A program made the translations under genes and the position numbers. A stretch of DNA of 64,000 nt from a virus: the IMG/VR virus record IMGVR_UViG_3300042547_000432; one strand, 5' to 3'. The notes under the pieces were generated by a model. That model had not been told where the DNA came from, did not search any database, and saw nothing but the letters and a program-made list of their open reading frames with translations. Position 1 is the first letter of the stretch; each line of letters starts with the position of its first letter. Shown in pieces: positions 8,187 through 17,593 of the stretch.

Positions 8187-8744
8187 TTAATTGCGTATAA
8201 ATTGATACCAACCAGTAGCAATATATTTTACACCAATATTTGGAGTAACACCTTTATGGGCATGTGTCCACCCCGCACTCCACACCACACATCTCCCCGC
8301 TCTAGATTCTGTAATTAAATTTTGATAGGGAAATTCAGTACCACACTGAGCATCATTTAAATATATCATCCATGCTAGTATTCTATCTGGGTTAGAAATT
8401 TCATGTTCACAATGTAGACGAAAATATCCTTCGCCATTTTCATATTTTTGGATATTATACACATCATCTACTCTCCATAGAGATATCATTTTCAATATCT
8501 CATATTGTGACACAAATTTGTCAACCGCACTATGAAGTGCTGGTAATAATATTTTATTGTAATTATTATCCGCAATATCAGTAAAATTACAGCATACATC
8601 AGTAGATTTTTTAACACTATCTACAATTTGATAATTACCAACAACTCCAGGAGTTTTTCTTTTATCAGATTCATACAATGAAATAAGTTCTTGACATTGA
8701 TCAGATGTCAAAACATTATCATATATTTCAATTCCTAATTTCAT
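8187..8744 (-). CDS. 2OG-Fe(II) oxygenase, prolyl-4-hydroxylase-like
   Basis: NIQKY..GEGYFRLHCE, RILAWMIYLND, WTHAHKG, KYIATGW. Start trimmed to MKLGIEIYDNVL. Confidence 0.85.
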   Translation of the reverse strand: MKLGIEIYDNVLTSDQCQELISLYESDKRKTPGVVGNYQIVDSVKKSTDVCCNFTDIADNNYNKILLPALHSAVDKFVSQYEILKMISLWRVDDVYNIQKYENGEGYFRLHCEHEISNPDRILAWMIYLNDAQCGTEFPYQNLITESRAGRCVVWSAGWTHAHKGVTPNIGVKYIATGWYQFIRN

Positions 8745-8940
8745 AAGTTGGTGGGTGATATTTAAGATACTCAAAGAACGTGAGTTTCATTTCTTTCTTT
8801 GTCATACCGCAATGAGCAGCAGCGGCAGGAAGTGTCATCTTTGATTGAAACAATCCTTCGTTTGCTTCTTTAACATTCTCTGGAGTTGTTTTAACAGGCA
8901 CTTCATACAGTGCTGCTTTATTAATTTTGAAAAGGTCCAT
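8728..8940 (-). CDS. Hypothetical protein, 70 aa, possible HTH
   Basis: MTLPAAAAHCGMTKKEMK resembles an HTH. Confidence 0.7.
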   Translation of the reverse strand: MDLFKINKAALYEVPVKTTPENVKEANEGLFQSKMTLPAAAAHCGMTKKEMKLTFFEYLKYHPPTYEIRN

Positions 8941-9127
8941 CTTTAGCCATCATGTCAAGTTGATCTAAGATACCATCGAAAGATTTCATCTGGTCAATAC
9001 GACACAGAATCTCTGAAATACTATTACAAACCACTGGACGCTCTTGACGAGCAGCGTATGCCAAAGCATTGCGAAGTGCGGCAGATGCTTCATTCAGTGA
9101 TTCTTCTACAGATTGTGATAATGCCAT
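8921..9127 (-). CDS. Hypothetical protein, 68 aa
   Basis: ORF track. Confidence 0.75.
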   Translation of the reverse strand: MALSQSVEESLNEASAALRNALAYAARQERPVVCNSISEILCRIDQMKSFDGILDQLDMMAKDGPFQN

Positions 9128-9315
9128 CAGTCAGATGCCCTCCATTGTGTAAGTTTATTGCGAACGGTTTGAAATTCTTCTACATGCTGAAGAATGCGTT
9201 GTGCCGTTTCACGAACACATTCTTGAGTTTCTTCACAATCCCATTCACAGATTTCAGTCCACACATAGTAGATTTCATCAACGATGGAATCAATCAGTTT
9301 ATCATAATGAGTCAT
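9127..9315 (-). CDS. Hypothetical protein, 62 aa
   Basis: ORF track. Confidence 0.7.
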   Translation of the reverse strand: MTHYDKLIDSIVDEIYYVWTEICEWDCEETQECVRETAQRILQHVEEFQTVRNKLTQWRASD

Positions 9316-9437
9316 TTAGTAACCTCCAGAAGACGCTTGAGCGCCTGTTTGCGAGCTTTTGCTTGACGCAGTGCCTGAGGTTTCAGGGTGCGCTTCTGTT
9401 CTTTCTTAGAGTGATGCTGCCAGTTCGGGATGGTCAT
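9312..9437 (-). CDS. Small basic protein, 41 aa (MTIPNWQHHSKKEQKRTLKPQALRQAKARKQALKRLL...)
   Basis: Hand-translated; GTAGGA upstream; ATGA-coupled. Confidence 0.65.
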   Translation of the reverse strand: MTIPNWQHHSKKEQKRTLKPQALRQAKARKQALKRLLEVTK

Positions 9438-9466
9438 TGTCCTACTGTTTCTATGATTATATAGGA

Positions 9467-9754
9467 TTATTCAAAAGACGGGCAGACAAAATAGGAGAGT
9501 TCGTCGCCTGCTTCAGCGGAACCCCACTCATAAAACTCTTGACAAAGTGCCATGATGTCACCATCACGACCACCTTTCTTGTCAAGAAGTTCAAAACGAT
9601 TTTCAACGTATTCAAGGATATTTTCTACAACATTTTCAACGTCGTCCGATTCAATCATCGGAACAACGCCGTCATCGCCGTAGTCTTGAATGCCGATCAT
9701 GGGTGTCCTGTTCAGTGCTCCGCTACTGTAGCACAGGCGGTGGGGGTCTGTCAA
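9467..9754 (-). CDS. Acidic hypothetical protein, 95 aa
   Basis: ORF track. Confidence 0.7.
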   Translation of the reverse strand: MTDPHRLCYSSGALNRTPMIGIQDYGDDGVVPMIESDDVENVVENILEYVENRFELLDKKGGRDGDIMALCQEFYEWGSAEAGDELSYFVCPSFE

Positions 9755-10632
9755 CCCCTAGAAAAAATTATATTTTTTTCCAAAATTTTTGTATCCTCAA
9801 ATATTATTTCATAAACAATTTTTGATTGTTCTTCATTTTTTATTTTGTCTTTTAAAAGATCATTAACATTCATGTTATTAATTAATCCATCAAATCCCAA
9901 TGATATTGACCATTTATTTTGTTCTTCTCCCACAAAATAAAAACCCATTTTCATGATTTTATTGAAGCGAAAATCGTTAAAGAGCCTTTCTAATTCTTCT
10001 TTGTGATCGTAACTCATATTCCATTTCAAAAAATTTTGAACTGAAATATAAAAATCAAATTTCTTTGGTGTGCTATCTGGATTTACAGTAATTGATGCCA
10101 TACCAATATCATATTTTGTTACATCATCAATTTTTTCCGAACAAAATTCATATAATTTTGGCATAAAATTAACGTATTTTTTTAAATCAACATCAGAAAA
10201 AATATTTAAAGGAATATAATTTAAATTATACTCTGTATGTAAAATGTACTCCATGTTTGGAGTAAAACTAGAACCAAATATATTCGAAGATTCAAAAAAA
10301 TATGTATTTTTTAGACTAGGAAAATATTCCAAAAATTGAATCATATTTTCTATGTCTTTACGATTTTGATCATCAAAAATTACACCAGCATCACTATATG
10401 GATTATATCGAGACACACTTTTAATTTCAGCTGTTTCACTATCATAGCAAGTTGTGTTTATAAGTGCTTCAAAATATTTCCTAGATCTTGCTTTCGCATC
10501 TAACAACACAGGAAATATGTCTTCAAATCCTTGATACAAATCTTCTACTTTTTCAAAAGATAATGTAATATTTCTTTTTTCCAAACAATCAATTATTTTA
10601 CTAACATCAAAAGCCGAATATTCAAAATTCAT
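9751..10632 (-). CDS. AT-rich hypothetical protein, 293 aa
   Basis: Long ORF with no motif recognised. Confidence 0.75.
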   Translation of the reverse strand: MNFEYSAFDVSKIIDCLEKRNITLSFEKVEDLYQGFEDIFPVLLDAKARSRKYFEALINTTCYDSETAEIKSVSRYNPYSDAGVIFDDQNRKDIENMIQFLEYFPSLKNTYFFESSNIFGSSFTPNMEYILHTEYNLNYIPLNIFSDVDLKKYVNFMPKLYEFCSEKIDDVTKYDIGMASITVNPDSTPKKFDFYISVQNFLKWNMSYDHKEELERLFNDFRFNKIMKMGFYFVGEEQNKWSISLGFDGLINNMNVNDLLKDKIKNEEQSKIVYEIIFEDTKILEKNIIFSRG

Positions 10633-10636
10633 AATT

Positions 10637-10999
10637 TTATATTCCTATAACTGGAAGTCCTTCTGGATCTACGCATTCCATACTTATATAGTAATCCATA
10701 TCAATGTCAGTATACTCTGGATCTTGAATTAAAGAAATGGATGGAAACCAATTAGAGGCACTCACTTGTGCGTCATTTTTCGTGCGAAAATAACAATAAA
10801 TGTCTCCATAACTAATTAATTCATCAAGAATTTCATATGGCACTTTATCTTCATAATATTGCCAAATTTTTTTTACTTTTTCTTGATCTTGACATTTTAA
10901 TGGACCTTCAGCACGTATTCTCATAACTATTTTACCAGAATATCTTGCCAAATCTTTAATAAATTCTATAGTAGGTTTCACATCTTCTTGTAAAATCAT
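10637..10999 (-). CDS. AT-rich hypothetical protein, 120 aa
   Basis: ORF track; coupled to the upstream gene. Confidence 0.75.
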   Translation of the reverse strand: MILQEDVKPTIEFIKDLARYSGKIVMRIRAEGPLKCQDQEKVKKIWQYYEDKVPYEILDELISYGDIYCYFRTKNDAQVSASNWFPSISLIQDPEYTDIDMDYYISMECVDPEGLPVIGI

Positions 11000-12015
11000 T
11001 CTTTTTCCTCCGTTTCAGTATTATTTAAATCTTGAAGAATATCAATCACTTCCTGTGTTAATGCATTGCCGTTCATAGTTTTATAATGTGAAATTAATGA
11101 AGATACTGATAGTTCTGTGCCAAGCATTTTTAATTGATTATCAATTTTTTCAGAGAATTTTTCCCAATCAGTAATAAATTCTTCCACAGTATTTTCAAAA
11201 CCATTAAAGACATTATTTTCCAAATCTATTAATGGAAGTCTAAATCTCATTAAACATTGTATAACATTATTTTTAAAAGCAAACTCACAATAATTACTTA
11301 CGAGATTCGCCATCTTTTCTTCAAAATCTTCATCACCTTGGATACTATCAATATAGTTACCTACCACAGAATCTTTAATGCCAATTTCTTTCATAATATT
11401 ATAGGTATACCCATCCTTTTCATCAGGAGAAATAGGCAATTTTATTTTGTGAATTTCTCCAGTCGCCCATTCGGTTTGTTTTGTGATATCTCTCCATTTT
11501 TGGCGATATTCTGCCCACGCCGATCTTCTTTCATCTGTTATAGAATAATCCGCCAGAAAAAGATAATCCGTTTGTTTCAAAATTTCTTTTCTGGTATTTA
11601 AAATAGTTGATTGAATAAGAGAAAAATCTTGTATGTTTTTTAAAATATTTTGTTGAAGATCTTTTTCATATTGTATTTGTTTATTTTGAAAAAACTCAGC
11701 CAAGAAAGCAACAAATTTGTTGCTTTCTTCTTCATTTGCGGCATCGAATCTGTAAGGTATTTTTTCAAATGTCTTTGTAGAATAATTGTATACGTTTTTT
11801 TGCCTTTCACAATAATAACTATTATTAGAAAAAACTGTAAATAAAGTTAATTTATCATTTTCAGTGTGCCAAAATTCTGGCAAAGAATCAATAAATTCTT
11901 TTATGCCATCTGTATCAATTTGAAGATTAAGTCCTTTGTAAATAAAAATAAATCTATTTACTACATCTGGATGATCAGAATGTGGATCCAAATATACTGA
12001 TAATATTTTTTCCAT
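10996..12015 (-). CDS. Tail-fibre assembly chaperone-domain protein
   Basis: RKEILKQTDYLFLADY..AWAEYRQKWRDIT matches the R..LL..sD....D.....W..YRq.LRD.p chaperone motif; adjacent to a tail fibre. Confidence 0.75.
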   Translation of the reverse strand: MEKILSVYLDPHSDHPDVVNRFIFIYKGLNLQIDTDGIKEFIDSLPEFWHTENDKLTLFTVFSNNSYYCERQKNVYNYSTKTFEKIPYRFDAANEEESNKFVAFLAEFFQNKQIQYEKDLQQNILKNIQDFSLIQSTILNTRKEILKQTDYLFLADYSITDERRSAWAEYRQKWRDITKQTEWATGEIHKIKLPISPDEKDGYTYNIMKEIGIKDSVVGNYIDSIQGDEDFEEKMANLVSNYCEFAFKNNVIQCLMRFRLPLIDLENNVFNGFENTVEEFITDWEKFSEKIDNQLKMLGTELSVSSLISHYKTMNGNALTQEVIDILQDLNNTETEEKE

Positions 12016-12032
12016 GTCTTTGCCGTTTTTTT

Positions 12033-12039
12033 TATTTAG
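12033..12039 (-). promoter_or_regulatory. T4-like late promoter variant CTAAATA
   Basis: Overlaps the tail-fibre stop, about 18 nt upstream of the 12015 start. Confidence 0.5.
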
Positions 12040-15000
12040 AAAGCTTTGATTAGATATTTTAATCTAAAATATGGTTGTTGTATAGGAATTGGTTCATTAT
12101 TCCTCATATAAAAATTCAAATAATTATCAAACGTACTTCTTGATCTAGTACTCATTGTTATAGTTCCTGAGGGAAGAGTAATCCCAAGATTTTGAGCAGT
12201 GCCAGTAGTAATGTGATGATTAATTGATTCGCTCAAAAATTGGTTGGCAGATCCCCTCAAAACACCCCAATTTCCATTATGATCAGCACTATTTACACCA
12301 CCAGTAGATGGGTTTGATCCTGTAGTGCCACCACCGCTGAATATAACAGTAATTGTTGCTGATCCCGTCGAACCATTATTGTTGGCCCCACCAGCTGCGC
12401 CACCAGAATAACCAGTTGATAGACCAGGAGCTGCCGAAAAGAAAGAAGAATTGTACGCAGAAGTTCCTCCACTTCCTCCTGGAGCATTAACATCGCCACC
12501 CGCATTACCACCGCCAGATCCACCAGTAAATCCTCCACCACCGCCGCCGCCACCGCCACCATCAGCGTTGGCACCTCTATCAGCTCCTATTCTACCAGAT
12601 ACTGGATTGGCTCCATTTGCATCATATGCTCTAAAAGTTAGTGTGGATTGATTTGTATAATATGATGATGAATTTATTGTTGAGGATGCCCAACTTGTTG
12701 AAGCAGCTCCACCAGGAAATCTTGGTCTAGTATTATTATTATGATATCCACTACCGCCACCACCGCCACCGCCTCCAACAATTACCAATATTGTTCCTCT
12801 TTGTAAACCATTTGGATTTGGTCCAGAACCCACAGTTTCACAATACATGAAAGCAGCGCCGCCGCCGCCACCACCACCACCCGAGCAACCTTGTCCACCA
12901 GATCTACCACCAGATCCTCCACCAAATCCAGTACCTTGAGATCCACCACCATTTCCAGCACCAGCATTTGATACACATCCACTACCACCGCCACCAGCAA
13001 AAGGAATTATCACTCTTATACTACTGCCTCCAGGTATATTTGTACAAGTGCCAGTAACTCTAGCTCCAGCTCCACCCGCAGAACCAGGATTCGCTGCGTC
13101 ATTACCACCACCTCCACCAGAAGCAGAATATAAAGTAAAAGTAAAACTATTTACTGTGGAAGGAACAGTAAAAACATAGTTGCCTGGACTTGTATAAGAG
13201 AATCCAGATTCCCCACCTGATGGAGGAGTTATCGTTTCTCCAGTTCCTTCACCAAGCGTGGAATCATTCGGATCGAATGATAGCGCATGACTGTGTGTTC
13301 TAGAAGGATTTCTGGTATTATTAATAATTCCCTCTGGTCCTTGACGTATAGTTCCAACAGCAGATATAGATTGATTAGCGCCACAATTCCCACTACCACC
13401 ATAAACTCTATTAGTATCAGAAAATACAATTGAATTAATTCTATGTGTATGTGGAGGAGGACCACTCAAAGATACTTGAGCAATACCAGCAGAATCAGAT
13501 ATCTGATAAGTTGTAGTTCCTGTAAATTGAGCATCAACTTCCACTGTACAATTTTCCCACCCATCAGTTCTGAATGTCCCAACAGTAAACAGATATGGAG
13601 AAACTGTAGGAGCAGTACCATCTGTTTCGCCACTAATATTGGGACTTCCTGGAGGCAACTGATCATATTTTTCAAAATTATACTCTCCTCCCATAGACCC
13701 AGCATTTCCTATCTGACCGCCAGAAGATCCATCTGGGGCATATAAAGGTACGACAGAAGGTGATGATCTATTATTATCTACATTTCCTGTTCCCAACAAA
13801 TACTTGCCATATGGACATGGTAACCTAAAGACATCTGTACTTTGATAATTTGGATATTGTCTGGTTGATGGAATATTTCCACCGTAAGTATTTCCGAGAA
13901 TTCTTGCTAAATCGGGAAAATCCTGTGCTTTTAATAATTGACCTCGCATTTCAATAAATCCAGGAAATCTATCATTTGGTCCATAAGGTCTTGTTGTGTT
14001 AGACACACCTTGAGCTGGACTACCAGAAGACATTTGACCAGTTAACGCAATTTTCCACCTATCGGCATCATCTGTTATGGCAGATGGATCTTCAATATAA
14101 TCAGCTGGTTTGGGCACACAAATAACAGTACCAATAGCAGCTCCAACCTTTTGACGTTGATCATTATATGATGGTGATTCTATAATAGCTGTTGTTACTA
14201 CAATTCGTATAATTTCCGTATTAAAAGTATTAACTGGAGTAGGATATATTAAAGTTATTGGACTACTTCTATAATACTTTACTTTTTTAACTTGATTAAA
14301 AGTAACAACACATCTAAAATAAGCGTTAGATAAAGAAGATGGAATATTATATAATGATATTTGTGAACTAGTTGCTCCGTTTATGTTAATATTATATAAT
14401 GGTCCATTAATACCATCCGATAAATTAAAATAAGTTCCAGTTGGACCAGTTATACTAGCCTGCCATCTATACGTTGCTGTATCTGTTCCTGTATAAAATG
14501 GCGATATATCTAGAATGAGAGTACTTCCCTGAGTAATATTTTTAGTTGCTGCGTCGGCAAAATAGTTAAATACTCTATCAACTCTAACTGTAGTTTCATT
14601 CGTGTAGTAAGTATTTGGATTACCAGATATAGTTAATCTACAACGATATACATTGCCACTATCAGATATAGAAAGAGATGGAATTCTATAATTTTCACCT
14701 ACAGTGTTCGTTTGATTAAATCCCACAGGAGCGTCAGACCACGTAGAAGAACCAGCTGGTTTTAATTGCCATTGATATTGTATCGTTCCTGGAGTAGTAC
14801 TAGACGCAACCACAGATAATGTTGTTCCAGCAAAATCTTCTTCAATAGCAAGCGAAGATGGCGTATTTGTTGTAATGTTTATAGTTACTGGTAAAACTTG
14901 TAATCTAGCAACGTTACTAAAATTAATTGTAGATCCCGCACTAATCACACGACATCTATAGAACCCCGCATTGGCAGAGAGAACTGAAGATATTGTAAAA

Positions 15001-17588
15001 GTAGGAGAATTTGCACCAACAATATCACTCCAAGTGGCAGCATTAGGATTTGCGGAAGTATAATTTGTACTTTTTTGCCACTGATATGCGGGAGTACTTA
15101 AGCTCGCAGAAGTAGCATTTACAGTCCACGTAACGCTTTCATATTCTTGTACTTGTCTATCATTAATTGAAGAAATTCCCAGGAATGTGTCGGATCTAAT
15201 AATTAATGACCCATATCCAGTTTCTACTGTTCCAATCGAATCAGGAACGGTGAGAACACATCTATAATATCTTTCAAGAATGCTCGAACTAGCAACATAT
15301 ATTAACAAAGAACTAGTATTAATACCAACATACCTAGGTGATCTATGAACCGTGAATGGTCCAATACCATTTGTTGTTGGTATGTTAAACATGGTATATG
15401 TAAATTGAGTTGATGTAAGACCAGTGGATAATACTGTCCAAACTCCATTGTAAGTTAAAGGTGTTACTCCAGCAACATAAACTCTATCACCAGAAACTAA
15501 TCCATGAGCGGAAGAACAAGTAACTGTTGCGGTATAAGAATTATATGTTATAGAAGTGACATTTAACAATGGAGGATTATTTGAAATATCACTCCAGGTT
15601 GTCCCATTTAAACTATATTCCCATTTATACGCTATGTCTGTTCCGCTAGATGGAGAAGCAGTAACACTAAAAGAAGCAATACTGTTTTGAAATACTTCAG
15701 AATTTCCTGGATCATTATCAATATAAGCAGTTCTATACACAGAAATAGTACATGGATCAGAATAAGTAGTAACTGAATTACCACCACTCAGATATGTAAC
15801 ATACATTCTATATTGAGATAGATGATCTGTACTTCTTCTCAATGGTGGTGTTGTAAATGTATGCGACCCAGACGATCTAGGATCAGTGCTTGTTGATGCT
15901 GGTAGATCCGTGCCAGCATCATTTTTAGTAGTTCCAACATCAGTCCATCCAGTCTCCCCAGCATATTTTCTTTGCCATCCCAAAGTTATTGGTCCTCTGA
16001 CGCCAGTATCAATACTAACATCAACAGAAGCTGACACAGTTATTGTTTGCTGAGTTTCTTGATACGAAGAACGATTTGGAACTGGACCATATCTATCTTC
16101 AATCGCAAAATCATCAGTTGGACTATCAATAACAGCAGTTTGTGTCAAATATAGTCCAGCGTCGTTAGAAGTGATAGTTTGTTCACCAGATAATCCACTT
16201 ATACTTACTCGTATATACAATAAATTGCTACTAGAACCAGCTAATAATTTAACTCTTTCTAATTGAAGAATAGCACTCGTTCCATTTGTTCCTGTTACCA
16301 ATCTAAATGGAGTTGTTGATAGTTGAGGGTTTGAAGACAATATAGGAGTATAAGTTGTTTGATCACTCCACCTCCACTCCCATGAATACGATATTGTGGT
16401 TGGAGCAGTTGTGAAAGAAGTTACACTAAGAGTGGCATTACCACTACTAGGAATATTTGTAACATATGATACTGTACTAGTTGTATCAGTTCCAGTCCCT
16501 GGTTGTTTAGAAATAAGTATTTGTGGATTAACCAATAAAGTTATAGCATTTGTACTTACTGGGCTATTGGAAGCAGTAACACCATCTTTAGTATATGTAA
16601 CCTGACACCTATACCTTCTATTATTTTGAGTGAATGCAATATTCGAAAGAGTAAGAACAGATCGTTTATAATATTGTACTGGAGTAGTTGCAAAACTAAG
16701 TAACGTATCTGTTATTGCTATGTTTGTTCCTGCTGTAATATTAGTCCACGTAGTTCCACCATCTGTACTCTGTTGCCACTGAAAAACTATTGGCGTAACA
16801 TTAGCAGAGGTAGTATTAATAAAATTAGACAAACTACTATTTGTAGTAGCTTCAACTGTAAATGATAGACTAGAACCAGTAGCTACAGTATAAGATGACA
16901 GATTTTGATCAGAAACAGATAATAATGGCGGCGCATTTACTGTCAACTGACGTTGGAATCCAGGAACTTCATCACTATTGACAGTGCTCACCAAAGTAGT
17001 CGTTGCTGGAGCTAATGTAATAACTCCAACCATATTATTTGGGTTTTCTGCTGAGATATAATAATAAGTTCCAGCAGCAGCGCCAGCAGTATTCCAAACA
17101 ACGGTATTATTCTGAGTACCATTATTTGTTATTCCTGTAGATACCGTACTTCCAGTTCCCCCCACAGCAGCAGTTTTAATATAAAAAGTATTACTATTGG
17201 TAGAACTTACAGCAAATCTTAAAGTATCACCAACAGTAGCAGTAAGAGATGGATTATTACCACTCGCAGATCCAGTAAAAGTCCAAGCAGAAGAACCAGT
17301 TCCAGTAACAGTATAATTATATGTTACTGGAGAATATGGAGTGCTTTCAGATATAGCAACTCTAATATAATCACCACTAGCTGTAATTGGAATATTCGTT
17401 AAAGTAATACTATTGGCACCATTATCAGGCAGTGTTAACCATGGTCCAGTAGAACTACTACTAGTTTGCCAAAGATAATCTAGAGTAGCTCCTGATATAT
17501 TTGAGGTGGCAGAAACAGAAAATGTTAATGATCCACCAGCAAAAACTGTTGGATTAGTTGGCGTAAGAGAATTAATGGTAATAGCCAT
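12036..17588 (-). CDS. 1850-aa tail fibre/virion protein with Ig-like repeats, tail-collar domain and Gly-rich domain
   Basis: Repeated YQWQ..G.TW..I....YRC.V Ig-like units; collar motif (GFIEMRGQ..DFPDLARILGNTYGG..FRLP); poly-Gly block; C-terminal QPYFRLKYLIKAF. Confidence 0.85.
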   Translation of the reverse strand: MAITINSLTPTNPTVFAGGSLTFSVSATSNISGATLDYLWQTSSSSTGPWLTLPDNGANSITLTNIPITASGDYIRVAISESTPYSPVTYNYTVTGTGSSAWTFTGSASGNNPSLTATVGDTLRFAVSSTNSNTFYIKTAAVGGTGSTVSTGITNNGTQNNTVVWNTAGAAAGTYYYISAENPNNMVGVITLAPATTTLVSTVNSDEVPGFQRQLTVNAPPLLSVSDQNLSSYTVATGSSLSFTVEATTNSSLSNFINTTSANVTPIVFQWQQSTDGGTTWTNITAGTNIAITDTLLSFATTPVQYYKRSVLTLSNIAFTQNNRRYRCQVTYTKDGVTASNSPVSTNAITLLVNPQILISKQPGTGTDTTSTVSYVTNIPSSGNATLSVTSFTTAPTTISYSWEWRWSDQTTYTPILSSNPQLSTTPFRLVTGTNGTSAILQLERVKLLAGSSSNLLYIRVSISGLSGEQTITSNDAGLYLTQTAVIDSPTDDFAIEDRYGPVPNRSSYQETQQTITVSASVDVSIDTGVRGPITLGWQRKYAGETGWTDVGTTKNDAGTDLPASTSTDPRSSGSHTFTTPPLRRSTDHLSQYRMYVTYLSGGNSVTTYSDPCTISVYRTAYIDNDPGNSEVFQNSIASFSVTASPSSGTDIAYKWEYSLNGTTWSDISNNPPLLNVTSITYNSYTATVTCSSAHGLVSGDRVYVAGVTPLTYNGVWTVLSTGLTSTQFTYTMFNIPTTNGIGPFTVHRSPRYVGINTSSLLIYVASSSILERYYRCVLTVPDSIGTVETGYGSLIIRSDTFLGISSINDRQVQEYESVTWTVNATSASLSTPAYQWQKSTNYTSANPNAATWSDIVGANSPTFTISSVLSANAGFYRCRVISAGSTINFSNVARLQVLPVTINITTNTPSSLAIEEDFAGTTLSVVASSTTPGTIQYQWQLKPAGSSTWSDAPVGFNQTNTVGENYRIPSLSISDSGNVYRCRLTISGNPNTYYTNETTVRVDRVFNYFADAATKNITQGSTLILDISPFYTGTDTATYRWQASITGPTGTYFNLSDGINGPLYNININGATSSQISLYNIPSSLSNAYFRCVVTFNQVKKVKYYRSSPITLIYPTPVNTFNTEIIRIVVTTAIIESPSYNDQRQKVGAAIGTVICVPKPADYIEDPSAITDDADRWKIALTGQMSSGSPAQGVSNTTRPYGPNDRFPGFIEMRGQLLKAQDFPDLARILGNTYGGNIPSTRQYPNYQSTDVFRLPCPYGKYLLGTGNVDNNRSSPSVVPLYAPDGSSGGQIGNAGSMGGEYNFEKYDQLPPGSPNISGETDGTAPTVSPYLFTVGTFRTDGWENCTVEVDAQFTGTTTYQISDSAGIAQVSLSGPPPHTHRINSIVFSDTNRVYGGSGNCGANQSISAVGTIRQGPEGIINNTRNPSRTHSHALSFDPNDSTLGEGTGETITPPSGGESGFSYTSPGNYVFTVPSTVNSFTFTLYSASGGGGGNDAANPGSAGGAGARVTGTCTNIPGGSSIRVIIPFAGGGGSGCVSNAGAGNGGGSQGTGFGGGSGGRSGGQGCSGGGGGGGGAAFMYCETVGSGPNPNGLQRGTILVIVGGGGGGGGSGYHNNNTRPRFPGGAASTSWASSTINSSSYYTNQSTLTFRAYDANGANPVSGRIGADRGANADGGGGGGGGGGFTGGSGGGNAGGDVNAPGGSGGTSAYNSSFFSAAPGLSTGYSGGAAGGANNNGSTGSATITVIFSGGGTTGSNPSTGGVNSADHNGNWGVLRGSANQFLSESINHHITTGTAQNLGITLPSGTITMSTRSRSTFDNYLNFYMRNNEPIPIQQPYFRLKYLIKAF

Positions 17589-17593
17589 ATTTC

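Noticed and set aside
9451-9489. Possible early promoter (TATAAT at 9456-61)
   Set aside because: No acceptable -35 at 16-18 nt spacing; left uncalled.
12293-13745. Pro-rich antisense and Val/Leu-rich frame-shifted ORFs
   Set aside because: By-products of the GGT/GGC poly-Gly coding in the fibre.
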